DNA of 64,000 nt from the NCBI GenBank assembly GCA_963674595.2, contig CAXXFV010000001.1, forward strand, positions 32,001 through 96,000, written 5' to 3'. Below, piece after piece: positions 28,618 through 38,446 of this stretch; the stretch's first letter is position 1, and every line of letters begins with the position of its first letter. The position numbers and the translations under genes were made by a program. The DNA comes from a bacterium (GTDB taxonomy: Bacteria > Zhuqueibacterota > Zhuqueibacteria > Residuimicrobiales > Krinioviventaceae). Below the pieces are notes generated by a model. That model ran no database searches. It was not told the origin of the DNA and saw only the letters and a program-made list of their open reading frames with translations.

Positions 28618-29858
28618 AAATTGATATGGTTATGCCGCAAATGGGGGAGAGCATTGTAGAGGGAACAATCGTTAAATGGCTCAAGGCCCTTGGTGAAACA
28701 GTTGAAAAAGATGAAATTATTCTGGAAATCAGCACGGACAAAGTGGACTCTGAAATTCCGGCCCCGGCTGCCGGTACGCTGGATGAAATACTTGTAAAAG
28801 AAAATGAAACCGTTGCGGTGGGGACTGTTATTGCACGTATATCGACGGAAGCGGAACCTGCTGTAAAAGAAGATAAAGCATTACAGTTGGCTGCAGGCAA
28901 ACCGGATGAACAGCAAAAACCGGGTGATGATTCCACGGAAAACGAACAAAAAACATTTCTGTCGCCTGTTGTCAGGAAAATTGCCCGGGAATATAATTTA
29001 CCGATGGAGCAGGTCAAAACGATTGAAGGAACCGGTGCACAAGGACGGATTACCAAAAATGATATTTTAAACTATGTCAACATTCTTCAGGGACAAAAGA
29101 GTCCGGAACCAGTTGTTGAAGAAAAAGAGGCGCCTGTTGTTCCTACAGAAACCAAAATATCTGGACAGGACGAACGTATTGAGGTCATTCCTATCGATCA
29201 TGTGCGCAAGAAAATAGCGGAACACATGGTGATGAGTAAAAAAATTGCGCCGCATGTTACGTCGGTGGCTGAAGTGGATATGACCCGGATTGTTAATTAC
29301 CGTGAGCAAAGAAAAAGGTTGTTTCAAGAGCAGGAACTTGTTAAATTAACCTATACAGCATTTTTTGTTGAATGTGCTGTAAAAGCATTAAAAGAATATC
29401 CTGTTATGAATAGTTCTTTTGACGGAACAAATATTCTGCAAAAGAAATTTATCAATATTGGTGTAGCCGTTGGATTGGATAAGGGGCTCATTGTTCCGGT
29501 TATAAAAAACGCCGATCAATTAAATCTTGCCGGCATTCAACGTTCTTTAACGGATTTGGCTGACAGAGCACGGGTAAAACAGCTAAAACCCGATGAAGTC
29601 CAGGGAGGTACTTTTTCCATTACCAATATCGGGACCTTTGGTAATATTTTTGGAACACCTATTATTAATCAACCGCAGGTAGCCATTCTTGGTACAGGAG
29701 CCATAAAAAAGCGACCGGTTGTTATAGAAAATGATGCCATTGCTATTCGCTCAATGATGTACCTGAGCCTGACTTATGACCACAGGATTATTGACGGTTT
29801 ATACGCCGGAAAATTTTTACAGCGAATTGTTGAATTATTAGAAAATTATAATAACTAA
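28614..29858 (+). CDS. Dihydrolipoamide acyltransferase (E2), single lipoyl domain
   Basis: STDKVDSE lipoyl-Lys; SPVVRKIA..GTGAQGRITKND; DHRIIDG. Confidence 0.93.
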   Translation: MKIDMVMPQMGESIVEGTIVKWLKALGETVEKDEIILEISTDKVDSEIPAPAAGTLDEILVKENETVAVGTVIARISTEAEPAVKEDKALQLAAGKPDEQQKPGDDSTENEQKTFLSPVVRKIAREYNLPMEQVKTIEGTGAQGRITKNDILNYVNILQGQKSPEPVVEEKEAPVVPTETKISGQDERIEVIPIDHVRKKIAEHMVMSKKIAPHVTSVAEVDMTRIVNYREQRKRLFQEQELVKLTYTAFFVECAVKALKEYPVMNSSFDGTNILQKKFINIGVAVGLDKGLIVPVIKNADQLNLAGIQRSLTDLADRARVKQLKPDEVQGGTFSITNIGTFGNIFGTPIINQPQVAILGTGAIKKRPVVIENDAIAIRSMMYLSLTYDHRIIDGLYAGKFLQRIVELLENYNN

Positions 29859-29880
29859 TTACATTAAAGAAAGAAAAATA

Positions 29881-30567
29881 GTGGACTCTATAGCAGAATT
29901 TAAAGTTTTGGACGCTGGTTTGGTAAGATTAGTTGGTTTTATGGGCGGTGACAATGCCGTTGTTGAGGCGGCACGGGTTTCCTATGGAAAAGGTGTTACA
30001 GAAGCTGAACGGGACAGAAAATTAATTCACTTTCTTTTGGCTAATCGTCATGAAACACCATTTGAGCATAGTGTGTTTAAATTTCATATAAAATGCCCGA
30101 TTTTTGTGGCGCGGCAGTGGTTTCGTCATCGGATGTCAAGCTATAATGAAATTTCCGGTCGTTATACAAAGATGAAAGAAGAGTGCTGTTTGCCGGAAAA
30201 CCTGCGCACTCAAAAAGCAAGAAATTATGTTTATGAGACGGTTGAACCAGAGTTGAATAAAGAACTCAGGGACAAAATCCAGGACCATTATGATAAAACA
30301 TTTGAGCTCTATAACGAGCTATTGGAAAAGGGCGTTGCCAAAGAACATGCACGTATTATCCTTCCGCTTGCGTTGTATACTCAATTCTACTGGACAATTA
30401 ATGCCCGCTCTCTCATGAACTTTTTATCGCTTCGCAGCGATATTCATGCCCAGGGGGAAATCAGGGAATATGCGGATGTTATTGGCCAAATATTTCTAGA
30501 AAATATGCCCTACACGTATGAAGCTTTTTTGCGATATGTTGTTAACGGCGAAAAATGGACTGAATAA
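29881..30567 (+). CDS. thyX: FAD-dependent thymidylate synthase
   Basis: AARVSY, HETPFEH, RQWFRHR..SYNEISGRY, NARSLMNF. Confidence 0.95.
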   Translation: MDSIAEFKVLDAGLVRLVGFMGGDNAVVEAARVSYGKGVTEAERDRKLIHFLLANRHETPFEHSVFKFHIKCPIFVARQWFRHRMSSYNEISGRYTKMKEECCLPENLRTQKARNYVYETVEPELNKELRDKIQDHYDKTFELYNELLEKGVAKEHARIILPLALYTQFYWTINARSLMNFLSLRSDIHAQGEIREYADVIGQIFLENMPYTYEAFLRYVVNGEKWTE

Positions 30568-30588
30568 TATTAAAAAATTTGATAATAA

Positions 30589-31462
30589 ATGAATATAGAA
30601 AAAAAACAGAGGCGTCCACACTGGTTAAAAGTCAAATTGCCGGGTGGAAACGCTTTTACCAAAGTCAAGTCAGTAGTAAATAACGGGGAATTACATACGG
30701 TTTGTCAAAGTGCACGGTGTCCCAATATCGGTGAATGTTGGGGCCGGCAGACAGCGACATTTATGATTATGGGTGATCTTTGCACCCGAAACTGCCGATT
30801 TTGCGCTGTTAACCACGGCAAGCCTGAACCCTTGGATGAAAACGAACCAATTAAAATTGCCCGTGCGGTAAAACATCTGGGCCTTCGTTATGCTGTTATT
30901 ACATCCGTCACCCGAGATGACCTTGACGACGGCGGTGCCCGACATTTTGCCGAAACGATTCGTGCTGTCAAAAAACTACAGCCCGAATGCCGTGTTGAGG
31001 TGCTCATCCCGGATTTGCAGGGGGATAAAAGTGCTTTAAAAAACCGTCCTTGATGCGCAGCCGGATGTGTTGAATCACAATATTGAAACAGTGCCCCGGC
31101 TTTATCCGCAGGCACGTCCGCAGGCAGATTTTAACCGTTCAATTGAACTGTTGAAAAGAAGCGCTGAATTGGGCGCGCGTACAAAAACCGGTATTATGGT
31201 TGGTTTGGGTGAAACAGAAAAAGAAATTTTGGATGTATTTGAAATACTGGTTTCCGTTAACTGTAAAATTTTGACAATCGGACAATATTTGCAGCCCGGA
31301 CCGGAACAATTACCGATTCACGAGTTTATTCATCCCGATCAGTTTGCTATCTTGAAAAACAAAGCCCTGGAGCTTGGATTTGAACATGTAGAATCCGGGC
31401 CGCTGGTTCGCAGTTCCTATCACGCTGATGAACAGGTCAAGGTGCTTGATGGACAAAAGTAA
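30589..31462 (+). pseudogene. lipA: Lipoyl synthase split by a +1 frameshift in an A6 run (31038-31043); possibly a sequencing error
   Basis: [12 protein letters not shown] and CTRNCRFC in ORF 30589-31053; NHNIETV and GPLVRSSY in ORF 31067-31462. Removing one A gives continuous [16 protein letters not shown]. Confidence 0.9.
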
Positions 31463-31928
31463 AACACCGCAGGTATCTTTAACCGAGATTTCAATTATTG
31501 CCACCCCGGCACAGGCCAATACACTTGGTACGGTTTTCGGTGGTAAACTCATGGAATGGATGGATATGGCGGCAGCTATTTGTGCCCGCCGTCATTCAAA
31601 TTTACGTGTAATAACAGCGGCTGTCAATGATATCCGGTTTATAAAACCGATTTATACGGGACAGGTGATTAAGACCGTTGCCCAAATGAACAGGGTTTTT
31701 GGTTCATCGATGGATATTAAAGTTGACGTTTACGGCGAAGACAGCTATGAAAATAAAACCTTCCTGGCGGCAACAGGAATTTTTCTGGTTGTAGGAACGG
31801 ATGAAAACAAACAACCTGTTAATGTGCCGGACCTGGTTGTTCTCACGGATGATGAAAAACATCGTTGGGAAATGGCAGGAAAACGACGGGAGACTTTTCG
31901 CGAAACGGAAAATAATAGAAAGGAATAA
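31449..31928 (+). CDS. Acyl-CoA thioesterase (hotdog, YciA type)
   Basis: ANTLGTVFGGKLMEWMD.AA. Confidence 0.88.
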   Translation: MDKSKTPQVSLTEISIIATPAQANTLGTVFGGKLMEWMDMAAAICARRHSNLRVITAAVNDIRFIKPIYTGQVIKTVAQMNRVFGSSMDIKVDVYGEDSYENKTFLAATGIFLVVGTDENKQPVNVPDLVVLTDDEKHRWEMAGKRRETFRETENNRKE

Positions 31929-31930
31929 AT

Positions 31931-32518
31931 ATGGCAGTGCTTGACGTCATAACTTATGGAGACCCAACGTTACGCAAAATAGCAGAACCCTATCAGAAAG
32001 ATGAAGTAACTGAAGAGTTTATTCAGGACATGCTGGAAACCATGAAAGAAGAAGACGGTGTTGGTTTGGCCGCACCACAGGTCAATGTTTCAAAACGTTT
32101 GATTACACTAACAGATTTTAAGAATGAATACGTGTTGTTTAATCCGGAAATTATTGCTCACAGCGAGCAAAAAAAAACAGATATAGAAGGCTGCCTTAGT
32201 TTGCCGGGACTGCAGGCAATGGTGCCCCGCTATGAAAAAGTGATTGTTCGCGCAATGAATCAGGATTGGGAACCTGTTGAAATAAAAGGAAGCGGTTTAC
32301 TGGCTGTTGTTTTACAACATGAAATTGACCATTTGAACGGTATTTTGTATATTGACAGGGCGGATTTGGACACATTGGTATGGATTGAATATGATGATGA
32401 AGGCGACAAAAGTACCAAAATTAAAACGACCGTAAAGGAGGTCCAGGAGGAATTTGAAGAAATATTCCACCGGGGACAGGATAATATAGTTTTTGCACCG
32501 CAAAATACCATTGTTTAA
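31931..32518 (+). CDS. def: Peptide deformylase
   Basis: GVGLAAPQ, EGCLS, QHEIDHLNG. Confidence 0.95.
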   Translation: MAVLDVITYGDPTLRKIAEPYQKDEVTEEFIQDMLETMKEEDGVGLAAPQVNVSKRLITLTDFKNEYVLFNPEIIAHSEQKKTDIEGCLSLPGLQAMVPRYEKVIVRAMNQDWEPVEIKGSGLLAVVLQHEIDHLNGILYIDRADLDTLVWIEYDDEGDKSTKIKTTVKEVQEEFEEIFHRGQDNIVFAPQNTIV

Positions 32519-32528
32519 GGAGGTAAAT

Positions 32529-32837
32529 ATGGCAGAACGAATCATTAAATATATTCGAAAACTTTCCGGTGATGAGGCAAATCAGCATTATGTCATGATT
32601 TTGGATGAAAGTTTAAAGCTGTTTCCAAATCCCGGCAACAAGTTTAATTTAAAAGTTGGTGACCTGACAAAAGAAGTACAGGTCTCAGCCGTAGACTGCT
32701 GGTGCCGCGGACCAAAAAAACCTCATGTCCATTACCGGATTGACATGAAACCGTTTTTATCTGTTTATCGGCCTCACTTTGGCGCCACTGTAAATATTGA
32801 TAAAACAGGTAGCGATATTTTTGAATTAACATATTAG
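32529..32837 (+). CDS. Hypothetical protein with CxC-x-GPxxPHxH motif
   Basis: AAGGAGG RBS before ATG 32529; DCWCRGPKKPHVHY. Confidence 0.7.
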   Translation: MAERIIKYIRKLSGDEANQHYVMILDESLKLFPNPGNKFNLKVGDLTKEVQVSAVDCWCRGPKKPHVHYRIDMKPFLSVYRPHFGATVNIDKTGSDIFELTY

Positions 32838-32869
32838 AACAGAATGGAAACGATAAAGGATTTGTGATA

Positions 32870-33634
32870 ATGAAAGCGCTTGTTCTGGCTGCCGGTTATG
32901 CGACGCGATTATACCCCCTGACAAAAGATAAACCAAAACCACTGTTAAAAATTGGTGAAAAAACCATTCTCGATTACCTTGTACAGCAATTTGAAGCTGT
33001 TACGGAAATTGACGGGGTTTATATTGTAACCAATGACAAGTTTTATACCCACTTTGTAAAATGGGCAAATCAGGCATCCGGCGCCGGTCTATATAAGAGC
33101 CTTGATATTCATATCGTCAACGACGGAACCACCAGCAATGACAATCGTTTGGGCGCCATTGCTGATATTAATTTTGTCATTGAAAAATTTAACATCAATG
33201 ATGATTTATTCGTTTCTGCCGGGGACAATATTTTTTCCTTTGATTTTCGTAATATGGTGTCGCTTTACAACAAGGTCGGTGGTGATGTTGTTTTGGCACA
33301 CAAGCTGGATGATTTGGAGCGTTTGAAAAAAAGGGGCGTTATCGAGTTTGATGATAACCTGCAAGTTATTGGATTTGAAGAAAAGCCGCCGCAGCCGAAA
33401 TCTCATTATGTTTGTCCGGCTCTTTATATCTTTAAGCGTGAAACGCTTTCTTTGATCCGGGAATATATTAACAATGGGGAAAACAGCGACGCTCCCGGAC
33501 GTTTTGTGCAATGGTTGTTTCCCAAAAAACAGGTTTTCGCATACGTTACAAATGAACCTTCCATTGACATCGGCACACTCGAAACCTATAACAAAGTTTG
33601 TAAAACATTTCACATGCCTGATAATTTATCCTGA
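32870..33634 (+). CDS. Sugar-phosphate nucleotidyltransferase family protein
   Basis: LAAGYATRLYPLT..PKPLL, FEEKP, DIGT. Confidence 0.88.
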   Translation: MKALVLAAGYATRLYPLTKDKPKPLLKIGEKTILDYLVQQFEAVTEIDGVYIVTNDKFYTHFVKWANQASGAGLYKSLDIHIVNDGTTSNDNRLGAIADINFVIEKFNINDDLFVSAGDNIFSFDFRNMVSLYNKVGGDVVLAHKLDDLERLKKRGVIEFDDNLQVIGFEEKPPQPKSHYVCPALYIFKRETLSLIREYINNGENSDAPGRFVQWLFPKKQVFAYVTNEPSIDIGTLETYNKVCKTFHMPDNLS

Positions 33635-33837
33635 CATTAATAATTTCTTTCAAATATAATGATTTTGTTTAAAAAGTACTTTTTTTGATATAAAAAACAT
33701 TATATAATATAATTTTTTCTGAATGAAATTAAACAGGCCCGTTGCTTTTATCTTGATTTTTTGCTGTCAGTTTTTTACTTTAATCGATTATTTTAGATAA
33801 TTGATTAAAATTTTATAATAGAATTTCAGGAGACTAA

Positions 33838-34800
33838 ATGGCAGGATCAGGAGAGTTTGTTGTCGGTTTGGATCTTGGCGGAACATTTTTAAAGTACGCA
33901 TTGGGTACATTAAAAGGTGAAATTTATCATAAAGGTAAAAAACCCAGTAAAGGGGAAGAATCCAAAGAAGCTATTTTCGGTGTTATTTTTGAAGCAATTG
34001 ACGAATGTATTGCAATTGCAAAAGAAAACGGTGGTTCCGTTGTTGCAATGGGACTCGGAAGCCCGGGTGCCGTTCATTTTGACCTTGGTAAATTAATGGG
34101 AAACACCCCGAATCTTCCTGATTGGGGCGATGCTGATGTTAAAGGGACCATTGAACAAAAATATAATATTCCAATCTGGGCAGATAATGATGCCAATGTT
34201 ATGACCCTGGCAGAGAGCCGACAGGGTGCAGCAAAAGGCTGTGAGCAGGTCATTGCCATTACCCTCGGAACCGGTATCGGCGGCGGTATTATGGTTAATA
34301 ATCAAATTTACCGCGGTACAAATTATGCCGGTGCTGAATTGGGCCATGTTTCAATCGACTATAACGGTCGTCCCTGTAATTGCGGCGGCACAGGTTGTGT
34401 TGAGCAATATGCTTCAGCGCCGTCTATGGTCCGTAATTTTGTTGAAAAGCTGACAAAAAATTCCACGCCTGTGCCTGAGAATGTTACCACAAAAACAATC
34501 TTTGAAATGGCAGCAAAAGGTGATAAAGACGCTCTTGATACAATAGACGAAACGTGTGTTACCCTGGGCTCTGCTCTGGCAAGTATTGTTAATATTTTTA
34601 ATCCGCAAATGATTGTTATCGGTGGCGGCGTTGCTGATGCCGGTGAAGAGTTTATGAAACAAATTTTTAATGTGGTTAAAAAACGGGCCATATCCCCAGC
34701 CTTAAAAGGATTAAAACTGGTCAAAGCACAATTGGGTAATGACGCCGGAATGATCGGCGCCATGAGTTTGGCTGCTGAAATGTACGAGATGAAAAAATAA
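33838..34800 (+). CDS. ROK-family sugar kinase (glucokinase)
   Basis: DLGGT, NDAN, GTGIGGG, ELGH, CNCGGTGCVE. Confidence 0.9.
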   Translation: MAGSGEFVVGLDLGGTFLKYALGTLKGEIYHKGKKPSKGEESKEAIFGVIFEAIDECIAIAKENGGSVVAMGLGSPGAVHFDLGKLMGNTPNLPDWGDADVKGTIEQKYNIPIWADNDANVMTLAESRQGAAKGCEQVIAITLGTGIGGGIMVNNQIYRGTNYAGAELGHVSIDYNGRPCNCGGTGCVEQYASAPSMVRNFVEKLTKNSTPVPENVTTKTIFEMAAKGDKDALDTIDETCVTLGSALASIVNIFNPQMIVIGGGVADAGEEFMKQIFNVVKKRAISPALKGLKLVKAQLGNDAGMIGAMSLAAEMYEMKK

Positions 34801-34823
34801 TAATATTCCTGAAAGTGAATACC

Positions 34824-36017
34824 ATGAAAATTTTAATTGCCAATGTTGGAAGCACCTCATTCAAGTTCAAGTTGTTTGATATGCAGGACGAATCTGTTCT
34901 GGCGGATGGAAAGATAGAAAATATCGGCTATGATGAATCCGCATTTCAACTGTCCTCCAAACAAAACCAGCAAAGCGGTGTTGCCAAATTCCCGGAATAT
35001 GCCGACGCGGTTCATCGCACCATTCAGTTTTTAACAGATGCGGAAACCGGTGTTCTCGCTTCTCTGGACGAATTGAATGCCATCGGTTTTAAAACAGTGC
35101 ATGGTAAAGGGATCCGTGAATGCCGTTACTTGGATGAATCTGTGCTCAACGCTATGGAAGAATACACATTTCTGGCGCCGGCACACAATCCACCCTATAT
35201 CAATGCCATCCGAATATTTGCCAAACTTGTTCCGGGCATTCCATTGGTCGGACTTTTTGAACCGGCTTTTCATCGCACCATTCCGGATTATGCTTATACG
35301 TTCGGTATCCCCTATGAGCTGGCGGAAAAGCATTCCATACGTAAATACGGATTTCACGGCGCTTCCCATCGGTTTATTGCTGAAAATGCCCCGGTTTTTG
35401 CGGGAATGGACCCCAAAAATGTTCGCCTTATATCCTGTCATTTAGGCGGCAGTTCCTCGATTTGTGCCGTTAAGAATGGAAAATCAATCGACACCAGTAT
35501 GGCTTTTTCACCGCAAAGTGGATTGCTGAACGCAAAACGCTGCGGCGATCTGGACCCGTTTGTGACGCTGTTTTTGCAAAAAGCTGAGAACATGTCTGTC
35601 GACGAGGTTGCTGATCTGTTAAATACAAAAAGCGGTCTGTTGGGAATTTCCGGTGTGTCCGGCGACATGAAACAAATTATTGATGCGGCAGAGACCGGTA
35701 ATAAACAGGCACAACTCGCTGTTGATACCTTTTGTTATGGAATCCAAAAATATATTGGTTCCTATTTTATTGCTCTGGGCGGACTCGATCTTTTAGTGTT
35801 TACCGGTGGAATTGGCGAACGCGGCACTTTAGTCCGTCAAAAAATCGTGGAAGGGCTGACAGCTTTGGGTGCAGAACTTGATAATAGTAAGAATGAAAAC
35901 GTTAAGGACAGCGCTATCATTTCCACGGCATCCAGCAAAATTACCGTAGCTGTTGTTCCCACAAACGAAGAGAAAATTGTGGCTGTCGAAGTTAAGGAAC
36001 TGCTGGAAAAGAAATAA
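34824..36017 (+). CDS. ackA: Acetate/propionate kinase
   Basis: NVGSTSFK, APAHNP, YGFHGASH, CHLGG, FTGGIGE, PTNEE. Confidence 0.9.
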   Translation: MKILIANVGSTSFKFKLFDMQDESVLADGKIENIGYDESAFQLSSKQNQQSGVAKFPEYADAVHRTIQFLTDAETGVLASLDELNAIGFKTVHGKGIRECRYLDESVLNAMEEYTFLAPAHNPPYINAIRIFAKLVPGIPLVGLFEPAFHRTIPDYAYTFGIPYELAEKHSIRKYGFHGASHRFIAENAPVFAGMDPKNVRLISCHLGGSSSICAVKNGKSIDTSMAFSPQSGLLNAKRCGDLDPFVTLFLQKAENMSVDEVADLLNTKSGLLGISGVSGDMKQIIDAAETGNKQAQLAVDTFCYGIQKYIGSYFIALGGLDLLVFTGGIGERGTLVRQKIVEGLTALGAELDNSKNENVKDSAIISTASSKITVAVVPTNEEKIVAVEVKELLEKK

Positions 36018-36037
36018 GTATGATGTAAAAAAAGGAC

Positions 36038-36066
36038 TTGATTCTTTAGTCTGATTATATTACATT
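36038..36066 (+). promoter_or_regulatory. Sigma70-type promoter of the his operon
   Basis: TTGATT, 17-bp spacer, TACATT. Confidence 0.6.
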
Positions 36067-36092
36067 TCAAATATTTTAATTTTGGAGTAAAA

Positions 36093-36161
36093 GTGAATAA
36101 AGTAATGTTACATCATCATCATCACCACTATCATCATAATACCGCCATGGTAGGTGGGTGA
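36093..36161 (+). CDS. hisL: his operon leader peptide MNKVMLHHHHHHYHHNTAMVGG
   Basis: GGAG RBS, GTG start, 8 His codons (6 consecutive), TGA at 36159, terminator downstream. Confidence 0.92.
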   Translation: MNKVMLHHHHHHYHHNTAMVGG

Positions 36162-36200
36162 GTTGCATTATTTTTTCTAATAAATTTTATAAACTACGCC

Positions 36201-36232
36201 AAGCCTGCCATAAAATATGGCAGGCTTTTTTT
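36201..36232 (+). terminator. his attenuator terminator
   Basis: AAGCCTGCCATA-AAA-TATGGCAGGC followed by T7; its 5' arm CCTGCCAT can alternatively pair with ATGGTAGG (36147-36154). Confidence 0.92.
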
Positions 36233-36251
36233 ATTTTAAAAAGGAGAAATC

Positions 36252-37148
36252 ATGGTAGATTGGAATGGACTCAGTGAAAGTGTATTTAAAATAGGTTTAC
36301 CCAAGGGCAGTTTGGAAGAGCCAACTTTTCGTTTGTTGGCAAAAGCAGGTTTTTATTTTTCCGTCAGCAAAAGATCATTGTTCCCGACAATTGATGACGA
36401 TGAAATTCAGGCTATTCTCATTCGTGCCCAGGAAATTGCAAAATATGTAGAAGAAGGTGTTTTTGATGTCGGTTTGACCGGTAAAGACTGGATCATGGAA
36501 AACCGTGCAGACGTTGTTGAAGTTGGTGAATTGACCTATGCAAAATCGACAAGGCGCCCGGTAAAATGGGTGTTGGCGGTTCCAAATGAATCACCAATTA
36601 AAAGTATCAAGGATTTGCAGGGAAAAAGAATTGCCACGGAAATTGTCAACTTGACAAAAGATTATTTGGCTAAAAATGGTGTTGAGGCCGAGGTAGAGTT
36701 TTCCTGGGGTGCGACAGAAGTGAAAACACCGACACTTGTCGATGCCATTGTTGAAGTCACAGAAACCGGAAATTCTCTTAAAGTCAATAACCTTCGCATT
36801 GTTGAAACGTTGCTGGAATCCAGGACTATGCTCATAGCCAACAAACAAAGCTGGGAAAATCCTGCCAAACGGGAAAAAATTGAAAATTTAAACATGTTGC
36901 TGCAAGGCGCTATTCAGTCTGAGGGTAAAGTCGGGCTCAAGCTGAACGTTCCCAAAGACAAGCTGGAAAACCTGATGAAAACATTGCCGGCTATGAAACG
37001 CCCCACCATCTCATCCTTGTATGGTGACGACTGGGTTGCTGTTGAAATAATTATCGAAGAAAAAATCGTCAGAAATATAATTCCTTCTTTAAAAAGAGCG
37101 GGTGCTCAGGATATCATCGAGTATCCATTAAACAAGGTAATTTATTAG
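36252..37148 (+). CDS. hisG: ATP phosphoribosyltransferase (long form)
   Basis: [33 protein letters not shown]-terminal regulatory domain. Confidence 0.95.
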   Translation: MVDWNGLSESVFKIGLPKGSLEEPTFRLLAKAGFYFSVSKRSLFPTIDDDEIQAILIRAQEIAKYVEEGVFDVGLTGKDWIMENRADVVEVGELTYAKSTRRPVKWVLAVPNESPIKSIKDLQGKRIATEIVNLTKDYLAKNGVEAEVEFSWGATEVKTPTLVDAIVEVTETGNSLKVNNLRIVETLLESRTMLIANKQSWENPAKREKIENLNMLLQGAIQSEGKVGLKLNVPKDKLENLMKTLPAMKRPTISSLYGDDWVAVEIIIEEKIVRNIIPSLKRAGAQDIIEYPLNKVIY

Positions 37149-37159
37149 AGGATTGACCT

Positions 37160-38446
37160 TTGAAAATTTATAAAAATACCGGAATTGCCGATTTTTTAGA
37201 TCGTTTTGAATCCAGACGAAATGAGGACGTGCAGGACGTTGAAATCAGTGTCCGGCAAATCCTGCAAAAAGTCAGGCAGGAGGGTGACAAAGCCCTGATA
37301 GAGTATGCAAAAAAGTTTGATAATGTTGATCTGGAAAAGATCGGCATAAAAGTGCCCTGGGAGCAGTTAAAGGCAGCTCACGAAAGTTTGGACAAAGAAC
37401 TGCTGCATGTTTTGCAGCAGTCACGTAAAAACATTGAACGCTTTCATCAAAAAGGACTGCCCCAATCCTGGATTTCCTGGGAAGAAAACGGTGTTGCACT
37501 TGGTCAAAAAGTTTCGCCTCTGGAACGTGTCGGTGTATACGTACCGGGCGGTCGGGCCGCCTATCCGTCTTCTCTGCTTATGGGCGTTGTTCCGGCACAG
37601 GTGGCCGGTGTTGAAGAAATTGTCATCACCACTCCTTCAGATGCTGACGGACATGTAAATTCCACAATTCTTGCCGCTGCTTATGAACTGGGCATAGAAT
37701 CGGTTTTTCGAATTGGCGGCGCTCATGCAATTGCGGCGCTGGCCTATGGAACCAACAGTGTTCCTCAGGTTGATAAAATTGTCGGTCCGGGAAATATTTA
37801 TGTGGCAACCGCCAAAAAAATGCTGTACGGACAGTGCAGCATTGATATGGTTGCCGGACCAAGTGAGGTGCTGATTATTGCGGATAAAACAGCGCACCCG
37901 GCCTATACGGCTGCCGATTTACTGGCACAGGCAGAACATGATCCGTTGGCTTCTTCGATTCTGGTAACGGATTCTCAGGAATTCGCTGAAAAGGTTGAAA
38001 AGCAAGTAATAGCCCAGACAAAATTACTTCCCAGAAAGGAAATCATTGAGCAGTCTTTAAAGGAATATGGCGCCATTATCGTCGCAGAATCTATGACACA
38101 GTGTGTTGAACTTTGCAACCGGTTGGCTCCGGAACACCTTGGTATACACGTTGCCGATCCATGGAATCTGTTGGGCGAAATTAAAAATGCCGGGGCTATT
38201 TTTCTGGGTCCCTATTCTCCGGAAGCGGTCGGTGATTATTGGGCCGGTCCCAATCATGTGCTGCCGACCAATGGTTCGGCACGCTTTTTCTCACCGTTAC
38301 GAACAGAAGATTTTCTCAAAGTCAGCAGCATTATTTCCTATACAAAAGAGGGGATTCAGAAAAACGGTGACAAGATAATGCTTTTTGCAAATAACGAAGG
38401 GCTTCAGGCTCATGCGAATTCGATTAAAGTAAGAAAAGAAAACTAG
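37160..38446 (+). CDS. hisD: Histidinol dehydrogenase
   Basis: GVYVPGG, GPGNIYV, AGPSEV, QAEHD, APEHL, GPNHVLPT. Confidence 0.96.
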   Translation: MKIYKNTGIADFLDRFESRRNEDVQDVEISVRQILQKVRQEGDKALIEYAKKFDNVDLEKIGIKVPWEQLKAAHESLDKELLHVLQQSRKNIERFHQKGLPQSWISWEENGVALGQKVSPLERVGVYVPGGRAAYPSSLLMGVVPAQVAGVEEIVITTPSDADGHVNSTILAAAYELGIESVFRIGGAHAIAALAYGTNSVPQVDKIVGPGNIYVATAKKMLYGQCSIDMVAGPSEVLIIADKTAHPAYTAADLLAQAEHDPLASSILVTDSQEFAEKVEKQVIAQTKLLPRKEIIEQSLKEYGAIIVAESMTQCVELCNRLAPEHLGIHVADPWNLLGEIKNAGAIFLGPYSPEAVGDYWAGPNHVLPTNGSARFFSPLRTEDFLKVSSIISYTKEGIQKNGDKIMLFANNEGLQAHANSIKVRKEN

